64,000 nt of DNA from Octopus vulgaris (Eukaryota), in NCBI GenBank assembly GCA_951406725.2, contig OX597815.1, positions 195,920,001 to 195,984,000 on the forward strand, given 5' to 3'. The notes below the pieces were generated by a model, which was not told the origin of the DNA, did not search any database, and saw only the letters and a program-made list of their open reading frames with translations. Both the position numbers and the translations under genes were made by a program. Position 1 is the stretch's first letter, and each line of letters begins with the position of its first letter. Shown here piece by piece: positions 1-11,971 of the stretch.

Positions 1-2070
1 CACTCTCCATATGGTATATTTATATTTGACATTTTAAATTTGGTTGCGTGTCTACATAAGTTCATTAGCTCACTTCTTTGATTCAAAGAATTATTGTCTT
101 TGAATAAAATGTACAGTTTTTCTAATAGGCAAAGCTTGCATTTAAAATTATTTCTGTGTGCTCCATGCCTGTATGGTGGCGCTCTGTCCAGAATGCTCCA
201 TGTCACGTTGAAAGGTGGGGTTTCCTTTTCTTTTAGTTCCCAGACATATTTTGCTAGGCTGGTCCTCGTCCTATTCTCTGGGTATCTAAATGAATTTTTA
301 TGTGAATAAAATCGTGTTTTAAATGAATTTTCTGAAGCCCCTGTATATGTCTTGTATTCCGATGAGTCTTCTATTTGCACCTTGGCTCTATAAACTACTC
401 CTTTCACTAGACATTTCCCTTCTAACGGACAGGAGTTTTCGTTTTTGGAATTGCATTTCTTAATGGGCTCGGCACCATGTCTAATCTCAATCAGATTCCT
501 ATTATGCTGGCTAATGTAAGAGGCGAAATATCTGCAACAAGAATAGCTAACCTTCAGGGTTTTTCTATTAAATATCCTATAGAATTTATGGCCCTGCTTA
601 AAATGCTTAGAGACTAATCTCAAAAATTCCTTACCTATATTAGTCTTTACGGCCAAATTGAAAGCCGGGTTGAACCACAAAACTTTCCTGGTCCTAGTTC
701 TTCGTGCAGCATTATTATCAGCATTAAGCTGGTTGAACTGGATCTTCTCAGAAAATCCACTATTCTTTAATGCACTATCGTAATAAGGTGCAGCATTATG
801 GAATGCTGCCTCGTCCGAAGAAATTGAAGATATTCTTCTACCTACATTGCTGACTAAGTTCCTAAGGATAACTGGTGGATGGTTCGAATCTTTGCTAATA
901 TACGATAGCTTTTCATTGGGCTTACGGAAAGGTTTAAATCTATCCGACCTTACATTAAAATTTACGTCTGAAAAATCTACACTATTCAAGTTAGCATCTA
1001 TTGTAACCCGTAAGCCCATCCTTTGAAAGAAAGCAATAAGGTCCTTCCTAAGTCAATCTGATTCATGGCCGTTTAGATTATGCGTGGCTATAAGGCCGTC
1101 ATCCCTATATAAACCTGCATCTATAAATGGGAATTCTATTTTTAGATTATGGAGAATAAAGACTCCTATGAGCAAACATAACTCAGCCCCGTCGTATTCC
1201 CCCATCGGTACATCGAAAAGAGAATCCTCAGTCTTCTTAATCCAGGTGGAATCCTCGAAAAAAAGAAGCAATTTCCTCGCATGCATAATAATATCAATTT
1301 CCGAACTATTGATGTTGACATACTGCTTGGCGAAGTCCAATGCCCTTAGGAGCAACGTCCTAGATATTGACGGGTAAAAGTCAATAATGTCGAATTGTGT
1401 GAAACTACAATTATTCTTATAGCTAATACCTTTAAACCACTCTATGACTGACTTACTATTCTTCCAAATTCTCAAGTCTACTTCACTATCTAACTTAGCT
1501 AAAATACGGTCCAAAATATTTTTGCTAATAATTCCTATCTCAGTTTTAGCAGGATTTATCAATCTACATTTGGGGTTTCTATTAAAATTGGCTTTATGGT
1601 CTTTTAGAGTAATAAAAGCTGGTCGTGGTGAAAGATATTCAATCCTATCGCTAATCTTAAGATCGTTAGCTATTCCTCTTGCTTCTAAGTTCACCTCTTT
1701 GTATATATTCGTGTTGTCTTTTTTGTATGTATCTGTGACACTATTCGAAATCAGGCGCTTATAAACGTCCTTATCAAGTGCATATAAGTTCCTTGTCTTA
1801 TCAGAATTAACGAAGATCTTATTCGAGTTGTTAATCTCCTTAATTATTTGCGGAATTTAATTTTCCTATTAAGCTCGAAAAGGTCTTTCTCGAAGGCTTC
1901 TAATTCCGGAATAGGTGGCGGGTTTCTGGGAGATTTAAATCCATATTTGATTCCGTCTGTTTTCTGTTTAGTATCAAAGAAGAAGGCTTTCCATCTCAAT
2001 CTTCGAATAAACTCTTCCGTTTTCTCTATAAGACCTTTGAGATATTGCTTCCGTGCAGGGATAGGTATAT
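1..2070 (-). mobile_element. Penelope-like retroelement (probably Naiad-type): RT + C-terminal GIY-YIG endonuclease, disrupted, runs off the window edge
   Basis: Minus-strand translation reads NIPIP..YLKGLIEKTEEFIRRLRWKAFF..YGFKS (2070-1844), then a frameshift near 1845. RT motifs follow: FITLKDHK, CRLINPAK, FDIIDFYPSI, PMGEYDGAE, LYRDDGL. After one in-frame TGA at 1053-1055 the frame continues SNHPP, WFNP, CPLEGKC, GVVYRA..YTGAS, FKTRFYSHK, CKLCLLEK, LNQRSEL..CRH, open to base 1. The 5' end abuts (TA)n. Confidence 0.92.
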
Positions 2071-2277
<207 letters not shown>

Positions 2278-2625
2278 TCGAACTACAGGTAGTGACTGGC
2301 AGAGTAACCATTCTGCTGCCTGGAGAAAAGACCGAAGAGATGCGCAATGATATACATATGGATGATCCGAGTGGGGCTAGCACCGAATTTTAACGTCGAG
2401 CACCTGAATACTAGCACATGAACAGGATATTCATGCACTGTTCTAAAAGTCCTAACCATTATGTCTGCTATAAATAATAATCCAAGGGTCCACAGCAATC
2501 CTAGACCTCAGAAATCAACTTAGTGTGGGGAGGATATTCTCAAGATTACATCCTTACCCTCAGCTTCCCAAGATCCCAGATGAAACTACATTGCGGCAAG
2601 AAACTCAAATGAGGGTAACAATACC

Positions 2626-2860
2626 TATTTCTTTACTACCTACAAGGGGCTAAACACAGAGAGGACAAGCAAAGAGAGACAGACGGATTAAGTCGATTAT
2701 ATCGGCCCCAGTGCGTAACTGATACTTATTTAATCGACCCCGAAAGGATGAAAGGCAAAGTCGACCTCGGCGGAATTTGAACTCAGAACTTAGCCGCAGA
2801 CGAAATACTGTTAAGCATTTCGCCCGGCGTGCTAACGTTTCTGCCAGCTCACTGCCTTCA
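2626..2860 (-). mobile_element. SINE family C monomer with 15-bp TSD
   Basis: Matches other family C copies (GGCGGCGAGCTGGCAGAAACGTTAGCACG..GAGTTCAAATTCC). GAGGGTAACAATACC at 2611-2625 and 2861-2875. Confidence 0.9.
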
Positions 2861-3607
2861 GAGGGTAACAATACCGCACTCCCACTTTCACCAACAGACG
2901 GCCACATGGAAATGGCCATTGACGATAGTGGTGGTACCTCAGCCTGGCCACAGTATTTTCAATGAAATGCTGAAAAGGATAAAAGAATACACACACACAA
3001 ACGCACCCACGAACACACAGACTTATATGTGTGTGGGATGTGTGCGTGTGTGTTTGTCGTTTCATTTAAGCCGACTAAAGTCTACTCTTGAAGTTGTTCA
3101 GACGAAAGAAGCATATAGCGAATGCACAAACCGTCAGCCGTGCGTGTATTCAGACGTCGTATAACATTCGAATGTCTACATCTCCTATGCACTAGGTCAA
3201 AGGAACAAACTGAGTCAATACAAATAGAATGTAAATAAACCTAAAGAGCAAATACACAGTGATCAATGAAGTTTTGTCGCGATATATTTTTCTAAATGAT
3301 ATATGTTATAAAAATATTGTAGAGTCGATTCAATAAGATATGTCTCGCTCTATTCATCCAAGTTTCCTTGACTATCAATGTATCAGCCGCAAGACTGTTT
3401 GCCGATGTAAACAGGATCAGTACTTAGATGAAAAGAAACAAATATTTATACATAAATACAAGCTCCCGTCTATCCAATCATTCGGCCATACAAACATTAA
3501 TAGTTTCTCACACACACACAAACACACATACACGCATACATACGTTTATAATATGAATACATGCTCATACTGATATACACAAGTGTATGCATGTACATGT
3601 ATATATA

Positions 3608-4124
3608 CCTCTTAATGTGTTTTAATGTACACCGTATTTAATATGTATAATATATAGTCTCTTGACTAATTTTATCTTGTATGCTAGGCTGCTGGTAGTA
3701 AAAATTTCTATAATTGTTATTACCCTGATATTATTTATTATGTATAATGATTTCTGGTAGATTCGTTCGAAGATTTTACCGGCATCCTCTTATTGCCGGC
3801 AAAAAAGAAAAAAGACTGCACTTTTGCAGTGGATTAGAGAAAAATTAAAATGTACAAGCAATGAGTCGCTTGCCGAGTCGGCCTAGTTGTTTGTATATTT
3901 AATCTGAGGCATCCCCGCTGACGAAGACTTAGCCTTAGTGAATAATAGTTTTTGTTTACTAAAATAAGTCAGAAACCATGGTCCGGAAATTAGATGGTAA
4001 ATATTTTTGTTTTTCATTCCCTTCGAGAATTTATTCCCTAATTAGTGGTTTGGATTTTAACTGTTCTTTCTAGCGTAATGGATTCCTATCATGGAAGCCT
4101 CTTAATGTGTTATAATGTACACTG

Positions 4125-4128
<4 letters not shown>
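3608..4128 (+). mobile_element. Non-coding PLE pLTR-like / retrozyme-like unit 1 with a 31-bp terminal direct repeat, flanked by TA repeats
   Basis: CCTCTTAATGTGT(T/A)..AATGTACAC(C/T)GTATT at 3608-3638 and 4098-4128; internal HHR. Confidence 0.75.
3915..3986 (+). ncRNA. Type I hammerhead ribozyme motif (HHR1)
   Basis: CCG-CTGACGA-A-GACTTA..TAAGTC-A-GAAA-CCATGG-TC-CGG. Stem I CCG/CGG, long stem II, palindromic stem III, predicted cut after GUC at 3983. Confidence 0.8.
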
Positions 4129-4204
<76 letters not shown>

Positions 4205-4210
<6 letters not shown>

Positions 4211-4660
4211 AGGGTTGAAATTGATATTAATCAATCAAAAGCAGTGGCTTAGCATATTTACAATATCCGAAGATTAAAAATTGTGCTACATATAAAATTA
4301 AGAGGAGTGAAGTGAAGATATTTGAAACATACATCCAAATATAATTTGTAGAACTTTATACATGTTTGATTTCGGTTGAGCGTTCTGTATCTAGTTCTGG
4401 AATTTGTGTTTTATAAGCGACAGACTACGCTGACGATCTTGCAGATATCTGCGTGTTTTGCATACGTAGATATCAACAAGTGAAACCAATTGGTATGTAG
4501 GTAATCGTTTTTTATTTCATTTCTCATGCTCATTTTTACATTTTGGCGTTTTGCTGAGATTTTTTTCTTGACAACACATTTTTCGTGGTAATGGCGATTT
4601 GGTGTCTATGTTTAGCATATTAGGTGTCCCCTTTTGTGGTAATTCCTCTTAATTTTGTAT
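4205..4660 (+). mobile_element. Non-coding PLE pLTR-like unit 2 with an inverted tail-bearing 3' copy at its 5' side, in (TA)n
   Basis: ATAAAATTAAGAGGA (~4292-4306) is the inverse of TCCTCTTAATTTTGT (~4644-4658); internal HHR; TA tracts on both sides. Confidence 0.72.
4425..4500 (+). ncRNA. Type I hammerhead ribozyme motif (HHR2)
   Basis: CTACG-CTGACGA-T-CTTG..GATATC..GATATC..CAAG-T-GAAA-CCAATTGG-TA-TGTAG. Predicted cut after GUA at 4495. Confidence 0.85.
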
Positions 4661-4674
4661 ATATATATATATAT

Positions 4675-5186
4675 AGTATATAAGAAAAAGGGACAGGCAA
4701 CAGGTTGCTTGACCGCATACCGAAAAAATAGAAATAGCAGTCAAGAATGCTTATTTCTATCAAAGTGGGACTCCGGGCACGACAAACCCTGTAATTCACA
4801 TACGCAAAACAGAAGGAATAGATAACGAAAACGAAGTCTGGTGGTTATCTGTGAACATCATGTTTCTGGATTATAAACATATTGAATATATATTTCATAT
4901 ATATTTTTGATATATATTTCATATACATTGCATATATATTTCACATCCTTCTTCAGCACAGCTTTCCATTGAAATAGATTTATCATAGATTTATCAAATG
5001 CTACGTACCACAAACCTTCTGACCATGCGACATCAAAATATTTGAAGAAAGTGAGCAAAAGCTAAACCTACATAGACGTTTGAATTCGTAAATCTTCCCT
5101 CCAAAATTTTGCCATGCGCACTACAAAAATAGTTCCATAGGAGTAGGAACTATTGGAACCCAATAGTTCCTACTAATTGGATTACT

Positions 5187-5190
<4 letters not shown>
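4675..5190 (-). mobile_element. Non-coding HHR-bearing unit 3 in (TA)n
   Basis: Bounded by TA tracts; internal minus-strand HHR; 15-bp perfect fold-back at 5142-5174 near its 5' end. Confidence 0.65.
4849..4961 (-). ncRNA. Type I hammerhead ribozyme motif (HHR3)
   Basis: Minus strand: CTGTG-CTGAAGA-A-GGAT..ATCC-A-GAAA-CATGATG-TT-CACAG. Confidence 0.78.
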
Positions 5191-5646
<456 letters not shown>

Positions 5647-6365
5647 CGTGTGTAAATGTATGCTTGTGTGTGTGTGTTTGTGTGTACGTATTTGTTATTT
5701 AATAACAGATTGATGCCTTCTATATACCTGGCTACCATCCTACAGCGCTTGAAGTTGCATGGTGCTGAGTCAATTTATATTAGATATGTGTGTATCTCCT
5801 ACAATATGTGTTTTATCGTGTGTTCACTCACGTGTATACCCTTATGATATTAATTTATGTATTTATATACTATGATCGTAGAGACAACTTAAATATCATG
5901 ATATGTTTCAAGATACCATAGATAGATTTATTCCAAGCTATGTCCACTTACTCCTCTCTTCGTTAGGTTGCTTTCCTTTGAACCTCAAAGTAGCCGACAG
6001 TGAAATGTTGGGAAAAAAAATTGCCATTTTCTACTTACCTCTTTGTCAACATACCTTAGCCTCAGTTTCAAATCTGATAGAACAGATGTATCATAGAAGG
6101 GTTACCAACAATCTTCATTTTTTTTTTTTAGACATTATATTATTCAGTTATTTCATTAAACTTAAACTACTTTATTGATTTCAAATGAGGCATTTCACTA
6201 TTATTTTCGGTACGTTGAACCGCACAGCGACTTAGACATTTTGACAATACACACGTAGTTTGAAACCATGACTAATATTTGTTACATTTTTGTAAACAAC
6301 TCCTTGTCTGACTGCAGTCAAAAATATTTTTCACAAAATATCACATACAATTAATATACAAATAT

Positions 6366-6749
6366 TTGGAAGCACTCCGTCGGTTAGGACGACGAGGGTT
6401 CCGGTTGATCCGAATCAACGGAACAGCCTGCTCGTGAAATTAACGTGTATGTGGCTGAGCATTCCACAGACACGTGTACCCTTAACGTAGTTCTTGGGGA
6501 TATTCAGCGTGACACAGAGAGTGACAAGGCCGGCCCTTTGAAATACAGGTACAACAGAAACAGGAAGTAAGAGTGAGAGAAAGTTGTGGTGAAAGAGTAC
6601 AGCAGGGATCACCACCATCCCCTGCCGGAGCCTCGTAGAGCTTTAGGTGTTTTCGCTCAATAAACACTCACAACGCCCGGTCTGGGAATCGAAACCACGA
6701 TCCTATGACCGCGAGTCCGCTGCCCTAACCACTGGGCCATTGCGCCTCC
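6366..6749 (-). mobile_element. SINE family A, tail type 2, 13-bp TSD
   Basis: Same head; AATATACAAATAT at 6353-6365 and 6750-6762. Confidence 0.92.
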
Positions 6750-7016
6750 AATATACAAATATGTATGAGCGCACACAAGCATTCCCGTGTTATCCTTTAT
6801 TGATTATTTATTCAGATCATTGGAATGCACATATGTTGAGACAACACCTTGAAGGGTTTTAGTCGAACGAATTGACTCTAGTCCTCACTTCTATCGCTCT
6901 TGTATGCCGAACCGCTCAGTTAAGGGGACAAACCAAGACCAGCTGTCGAGCAGTGAGAGAGACAAACATAACCACCAACTTACACACACACACATGTAAA
7001 ATTATATATATATATA

Positions 7017-7410
7017 GGCGTAGGAGTAGTTGGGTGGTAAGTACTTTCTTACCAACCACATGGTATCGGGTTCAGTCCCACTGCGTAGTACCTTGGGCAG
7101 GTATCTTCTACTATAGCCTCAGGCCGACCAAAGCCTTCTGAGTGGATTTGGTAGATAGAAACTGAAAGAAGCCTGTTGTGTATATAAACATATATGTACA
7201 TGTTCGTGTGTCTGTGTTTATCCCCCTAGCATTGCTTAGCAACCGATGTCGGTGTGTTTATGTCCCCGTAACTTAGCGATTCGTCAAAAGAGTTCAATGG
7301 AATAAGGACTAGGCTTACAAAGAATAAGTCCTCGGGTCGATTTGTTTGACTATAGGCAGTGCTCCAGCATGACCGCAGTCATGTAAACTTGAAACAAGTA
7401 AAAGAGTAAG
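7017..7410 (+). mobile_element. SINE family B (tRNA-like head, internal TA/TG microsatellite, LINE-like tail)
   Basis: GGCGTAGGAG..GGTAAG..GGGTTCAGTCCC..CCTTGGGCAG..GCTCCAGCATG..GAAACAAGTAAAAGAG. A decayed inverted partial copy lies at ~6820-6990. Confidence 0.85.
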
Positions 7411-8835
7411 TCTCTATACAGTATATTTGGTCTAAAATTTGTCGTGGTACACCGAGCGTTACTCCTTTCTGCTCTAATTTGTTGAGTTGTTCCTCCGCCT
7501 ATTCTAAATGTTCATGCATTCTGTTCTTGTGAGATGATATCGAAAGCGTTAATGGGCCCGGCAAAATACTTTTTGCTCAAACTTTGCTTTCACGGCTGCT
7601 GTTTAGTAGTGTTACACTTGTCACGGCAGTTATTGCTTTTCATTCGGATGGGATCTGATAGAGATTTTGTTTGTCCTCTTATAAACTGTTGCTAAGGTGA
7701 TAGCAATGCACAATTTTACTCTGCTAATCATATTGTGAGTTTACATTTGTTGCAGTTACAGTTGTTTGTAATTTTTTTTTCTATTTGTAGGTCTTGCGGT
7801 TGTTGTTACGGTAATGGTCGCCACTGAAGTTGCTGCTACTATTTTTAATTACTATTAGTTGAGCGAAGTGCCATTGAAATGCCGCACACATACGCTTGGA
7901 ATAGGGGGCATGCTTTCTTTTTATTCTTCTTCGATCTCCTAAGTACTGAATTGGGGCTTTGCTGCTGCGTAGCTCTATTACCCGGACACCAAGAACAGCT
8001 TCTTTTCTCTTGCCGTAGAAAACGCTCCTTAGCTCTCACAACGCAATCTTAGTAGTTCGCGTTGAGGAAATGTTCATGGACCAATGTTACTGCCAGCATA
8101 TCAGTCACAATACCTTTTCTAAGCGCCTCTTCTAGGTTACAAACTATCTCTCTTCTACTCTAGAACTAACCACAATCGGTTATTGACGATTGATCCCTAT
8201 CAAACCCAACTTTATTATTTCTCGAATTCAATCCCTGTAGATTTCGCGCGAAGGGGAAGACAAGTTCAGTTTCCTGTAATTGAGTCAGTGACTTTGATCT
8301 TTATCAAGGTCGATTGTACAAGTCACAAATGTGTGGTCTGTGAAAGTGACTACTTTCAATTGAGAACAACTTATGCTGTTTCTATCTGCTGGTCTACAGA
8401 ATATTCCATATACTTTACGGTTGATATGATGCCACTGGCTCATGTCTACATTGGTGCATTCTTTAAATCCAATATGTAGCTCTCAGTAATGTAAAAGTGA
8501 CTGTGCAGTTTATCGAAGCGTTTGCAACTATATTCCTATTAGGTAGCTCCACAAAATCAGATGATATCGAAAGTGGCGTTCTAGTTGCTCACTAGCAATA
8601 AAACAGACGTTCCGAGGTAAAACCTCCACACGCTTAAAGAGAACTGGCCACCCTCTGTCTTTCAGGTCATACGCGATGCCTTGTTGGGAATCATCCCCTT
8701 CGCTGTTATATCCAAGACCACCATGGTACAATGCATTGAACTGCAAGTGTATTTTACAGGTTTGAGTGATTTATTATTTTGAGAGACAATTTTATCACAT
8801 ATATCACTGTCTTTTCATACGACTTACATTTGTAT

Positions 8836-9133
8836 TTTTTCTTTTTCTTTTTCTTTTTTATTTAGTTTCAGCTCACAAGCTGTGGCCATGCTGGGGCACG
8901 ACCATTTGGTGTTGTTACATGATTTTACTTCACGAATGCTTTTTAGCAAATGCCATCTGGTGCATGAGAGAGTTCGATGCAGCTGCCGTCATCTGCACCT
9001 CCTGCTCTGAAGTTGGTTTATCTGGGACACCTGACAAGAAGAGATCTAGTTTCATTTTAAAGACATCTGCATCCACCCCATGCAGGTCTCTTAGGTTCTT
9101 CGGGAGGATATTGAAGAGCTGTGGGCCTCGGAA
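8836..9133 (-). mobile_element. 3' fragment of a CR1/L2-group LINE (ORF2 C-terminus + 3' tail)
   Basis: FRGPQLFNILPKNLRDL..FKMKLDLFLSGVPDKP..AAASNSL is a typical ORF2 C-terminus; followed by GTGCCCCAGCATGGCCACAGC..CTGAAAC and an A-rich tail. Confidence 0.8.
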
Positions 9134-9270
9134 TGTATGTCTTGATATATTATCAATTAGTATGCACACAGAAAAATATATACATGCAAACATGCATTCA
9201 CCCACATTCACACACACGTTCACAGAGACACGCACAAATATATATACATGTATATATGTATATATTAATA

Positions 9271-9542
9271 TCACCGTGATCACCTTGACCGACCAGGCTA
9301 TCAGATGTTGCTACACATTGTTTGCATTGTTTTTTAGCCTGGCTAAGCTGACTAAGCGTGCAGGCCAAGAGAGAAAGTTGTGGCGAAAGAGTACAGCAGG
9401 GATCACCACCCCCTGCCGGAGCCTCGTGGAGCTTTAGGTGTTTTCGCTCAATAAACACTCACAACGCCCGGTCTGGGAATCGAAACTACAACCGCGAGTC
9501 AACTGCCCTAACCACTGGGCCATAGGGCCTCCACATATATTA

Positions 9543-9582
<40 letters not shown>

Positions 9583-9874
9583 ATCACGTGACCGACCAGA
9601 CTATCAGATGTTGTTACACATCGCTGGTCACAATGCGTTCGCATTGTTTTAGCCTTCGAATGACGCCACCCCGCTGGCTAAGCGAGCAGGCCAACAGAAG
9701 AAAGAGTGGGAGAAAGAGTGGTGAAAGAGTACAGCTGGGATGACCACCCCCTGCCGGAGACTCGTGGAGCTTTTAGGTGTTTTCGCTCAATAAACACTCA
9801 CAATGCCCGGTCTGGGAATCGAAACTACGATCCTTCAACCGCTACTGCCCTAACCACTGGGCCATAGCGCCTCC
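9271..9874 (-). mobile_element. Two tandem SINE family A copies (tail type 1) separated by (TA)n
   Basis: Copies at ~9271-9533 and ~9577-9874; both share the flank CACATAT..TAATATAT. Confidence 0.88.
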
Positions 9875-9881
9875 ACATATA

Positions 9882-9926
<45 letters not shown>

Positions 9927-11287
9927 ATATTGTACAAAAACACACACATATGCATACAGACACGTATACACAGGTATAAATATATTCATATGGTTTTAAC
10001 TAAAGTAATAATGATGCGTTTCGCCTTTGAATAAAATTCAATAAGACTAATTTTCCAATAAATCCAGTTCAGTATCGAACATATATTCAGCACAAGAAAA
10101 GTCCCTAAATAATTCAAGATATTGGAGAAGCAATTTGGAATCCTGCAATAGAATACCATGAATAAAAGTGATTTAACTTCCCATATTGCAGCCGTTGTGG
10201 ACTTCAGATTCACTTATCAGCGAATCCTGAGTGATTTTGGTTTAAAAGAACTTTAGTTTAAAAGGATTTTAGTAGTATAAACTACTTATGGTTGTTAATA
10301 TCTCACTGGATGTGCATATACCGATTGATAATAGAGTAACGTGGGATGTATAGTCTTGGAAAGCACTGATATTAAGCACTGTCGTACTTTGATTTAAACA
10401 ACTTCATCAAAGAGAAAGGCGTAATCGCTCGGAGACGAAGGCGTGAAGATATCAGATGCAAATAAATAAAACGCGTTTCCTTAATTGTCATGAGTAAACT
10501 CGTGAAATACAATCTCATTGAATGCTTGAAATACAGTACGCTGGTACATAAAGGCAAATAATCTACATGAGAGAAAGCAAGAGTTGGAGATGAGAGAAAG
10601 GAAGTGGAGGAAAAATGAGATACTAAGAGAGATGTAGGGTGGGAGAGAGGGAAGTTAAGAAATAGGGAATAGGGAGATATTTGATGAATGAATCACGTGC
10701 CTTCTGAAACATGATATATCAAGGGAAGAGAAAATGCTCAGACTGTGATGAAGGTTTGAAATTTATTAGGACTTAGAAGACAATGTATTGAAGCAACAAC
10801 TCTTTAACCTTCTATTCACTTCGCTCTCTCTTTCTCTCTCTGTTTATCCCCCATTTTTCTCTCTCTCTCTCTCTCTCTCTCCGTCTCCATCTCCCTAATT
10901 ATCTCTGTATATATGAGTCCTTTCTCGAATTGTTCGTGTTCCTTGTATCTAACGCATACAACGAAATTGTACGTAATGATTCTCCGTGTGATAATTACAC
11001 AAGCGGACACGCATATATATGCATTCGTATACACAAACACAGGGGAATACACACGCACGCGCGTGCACATACACACATATATATGTGCATATATACATAT
11101 ATATGTGCGCATATATATCTGTGTATATATATGCATATATATATACATATATATATGTTCAGTAAAATTTAGATTCAGATGAATATGGTACTTAAGTTAA
11201 AGGCACCAGAATTTTGTATGGTATTATCCATATAAATCAAATGGGGTGATTATAATCAAAATAAGCAACAAGGATATCCAAGGTACA

Positions 11288-11369
11288 GTATTACAATTTT
11301 TTCATGCTACTTCATTTTATTAAACACTGTATTACATCAGTTTTAAAATGTCGAGCAATCTTCAGTCAC
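11288..11369 (-). ncRNA. Degenerate hammerhead motif (HHR4)
   Basis: Minus strand: GTGA-CTGAAGA-T-TGCT..AGCA-T-GAAA-AAATTG-TA-ATAC. Stems I and III each carry a mismatch. Confidence 0.5.
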
Positions 11370-11935
11370 ATATAGAATTTTCCAATTTAACGGACAATGC
11401 ACATTCTTATCCCTATTTCATTTGCCAACATTATAAAGAGGGTAGGTACATAGACAGAGAGGTTAATTTCATTCTTATGAACATGATAGTAGTAAATTCA
11501 CTCTTTGACTGTAGATTTTATCATTGAGTTTACTTTGTTATTTAGATCTATCAGTGGGGAGAGTTTTTTAATTCTTGGTTGAATAGAGACAAACAAGATT
11601 TTTTTCTATTTATAGATAAAGGAAGGGGTAGTACAAAGTCAAAGCCATAAACCCATCCTCATTTTGAGGAATTCAGTTTAGATATATTTGAATGTATTAT
11701 AGCAAAAAGCTAGTAGGCTGAAGTTAGTGGGGTAGGGGGAATAGAGACTATTAATGATCGCGAGGTTTTCAATGTCCCTTACCATTTAACAGCCAAATTC
11801 TATATTAAGAATTTTAAGTAAATATCCTTTAGATAATTTTCTAAAGGATTTCAATAAATATTAGTATCTTATATAGGGATAGAAAATATAGAAAATATGA
11901 AATGATTTCTATATTTACTATCCGAAAATTTTCTA

Positions 11936-11971
11936 TGCCGAAACCCGGGATCGAACCAGGGACCTTTAGAT
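11936..11971 (-). pseudogene. tRNA-Phe 3'-half fragment (36 nt, no CCA)
   Basis: ATCTAAAGGTCCCTGGTTCGATCCCGGGTTTCGGCA matches the 3' half of the conserved animal tRNA-Phe(GAA) as I recall it; the 5' half is absent. Confidence 0.85.

Noticed and set aside
1053-1055. In-frame TGA in the PLE ORF as possible selenocysteine (reported for some Naiad PLEs)
   Set aside because: The context D*LRK just after the RT core fits an Arg CGA>TGA CpG transition, not a Cys position. The copy also has a frameshift, and no SECIS can be assessed because the 3' UTR is outside the window.
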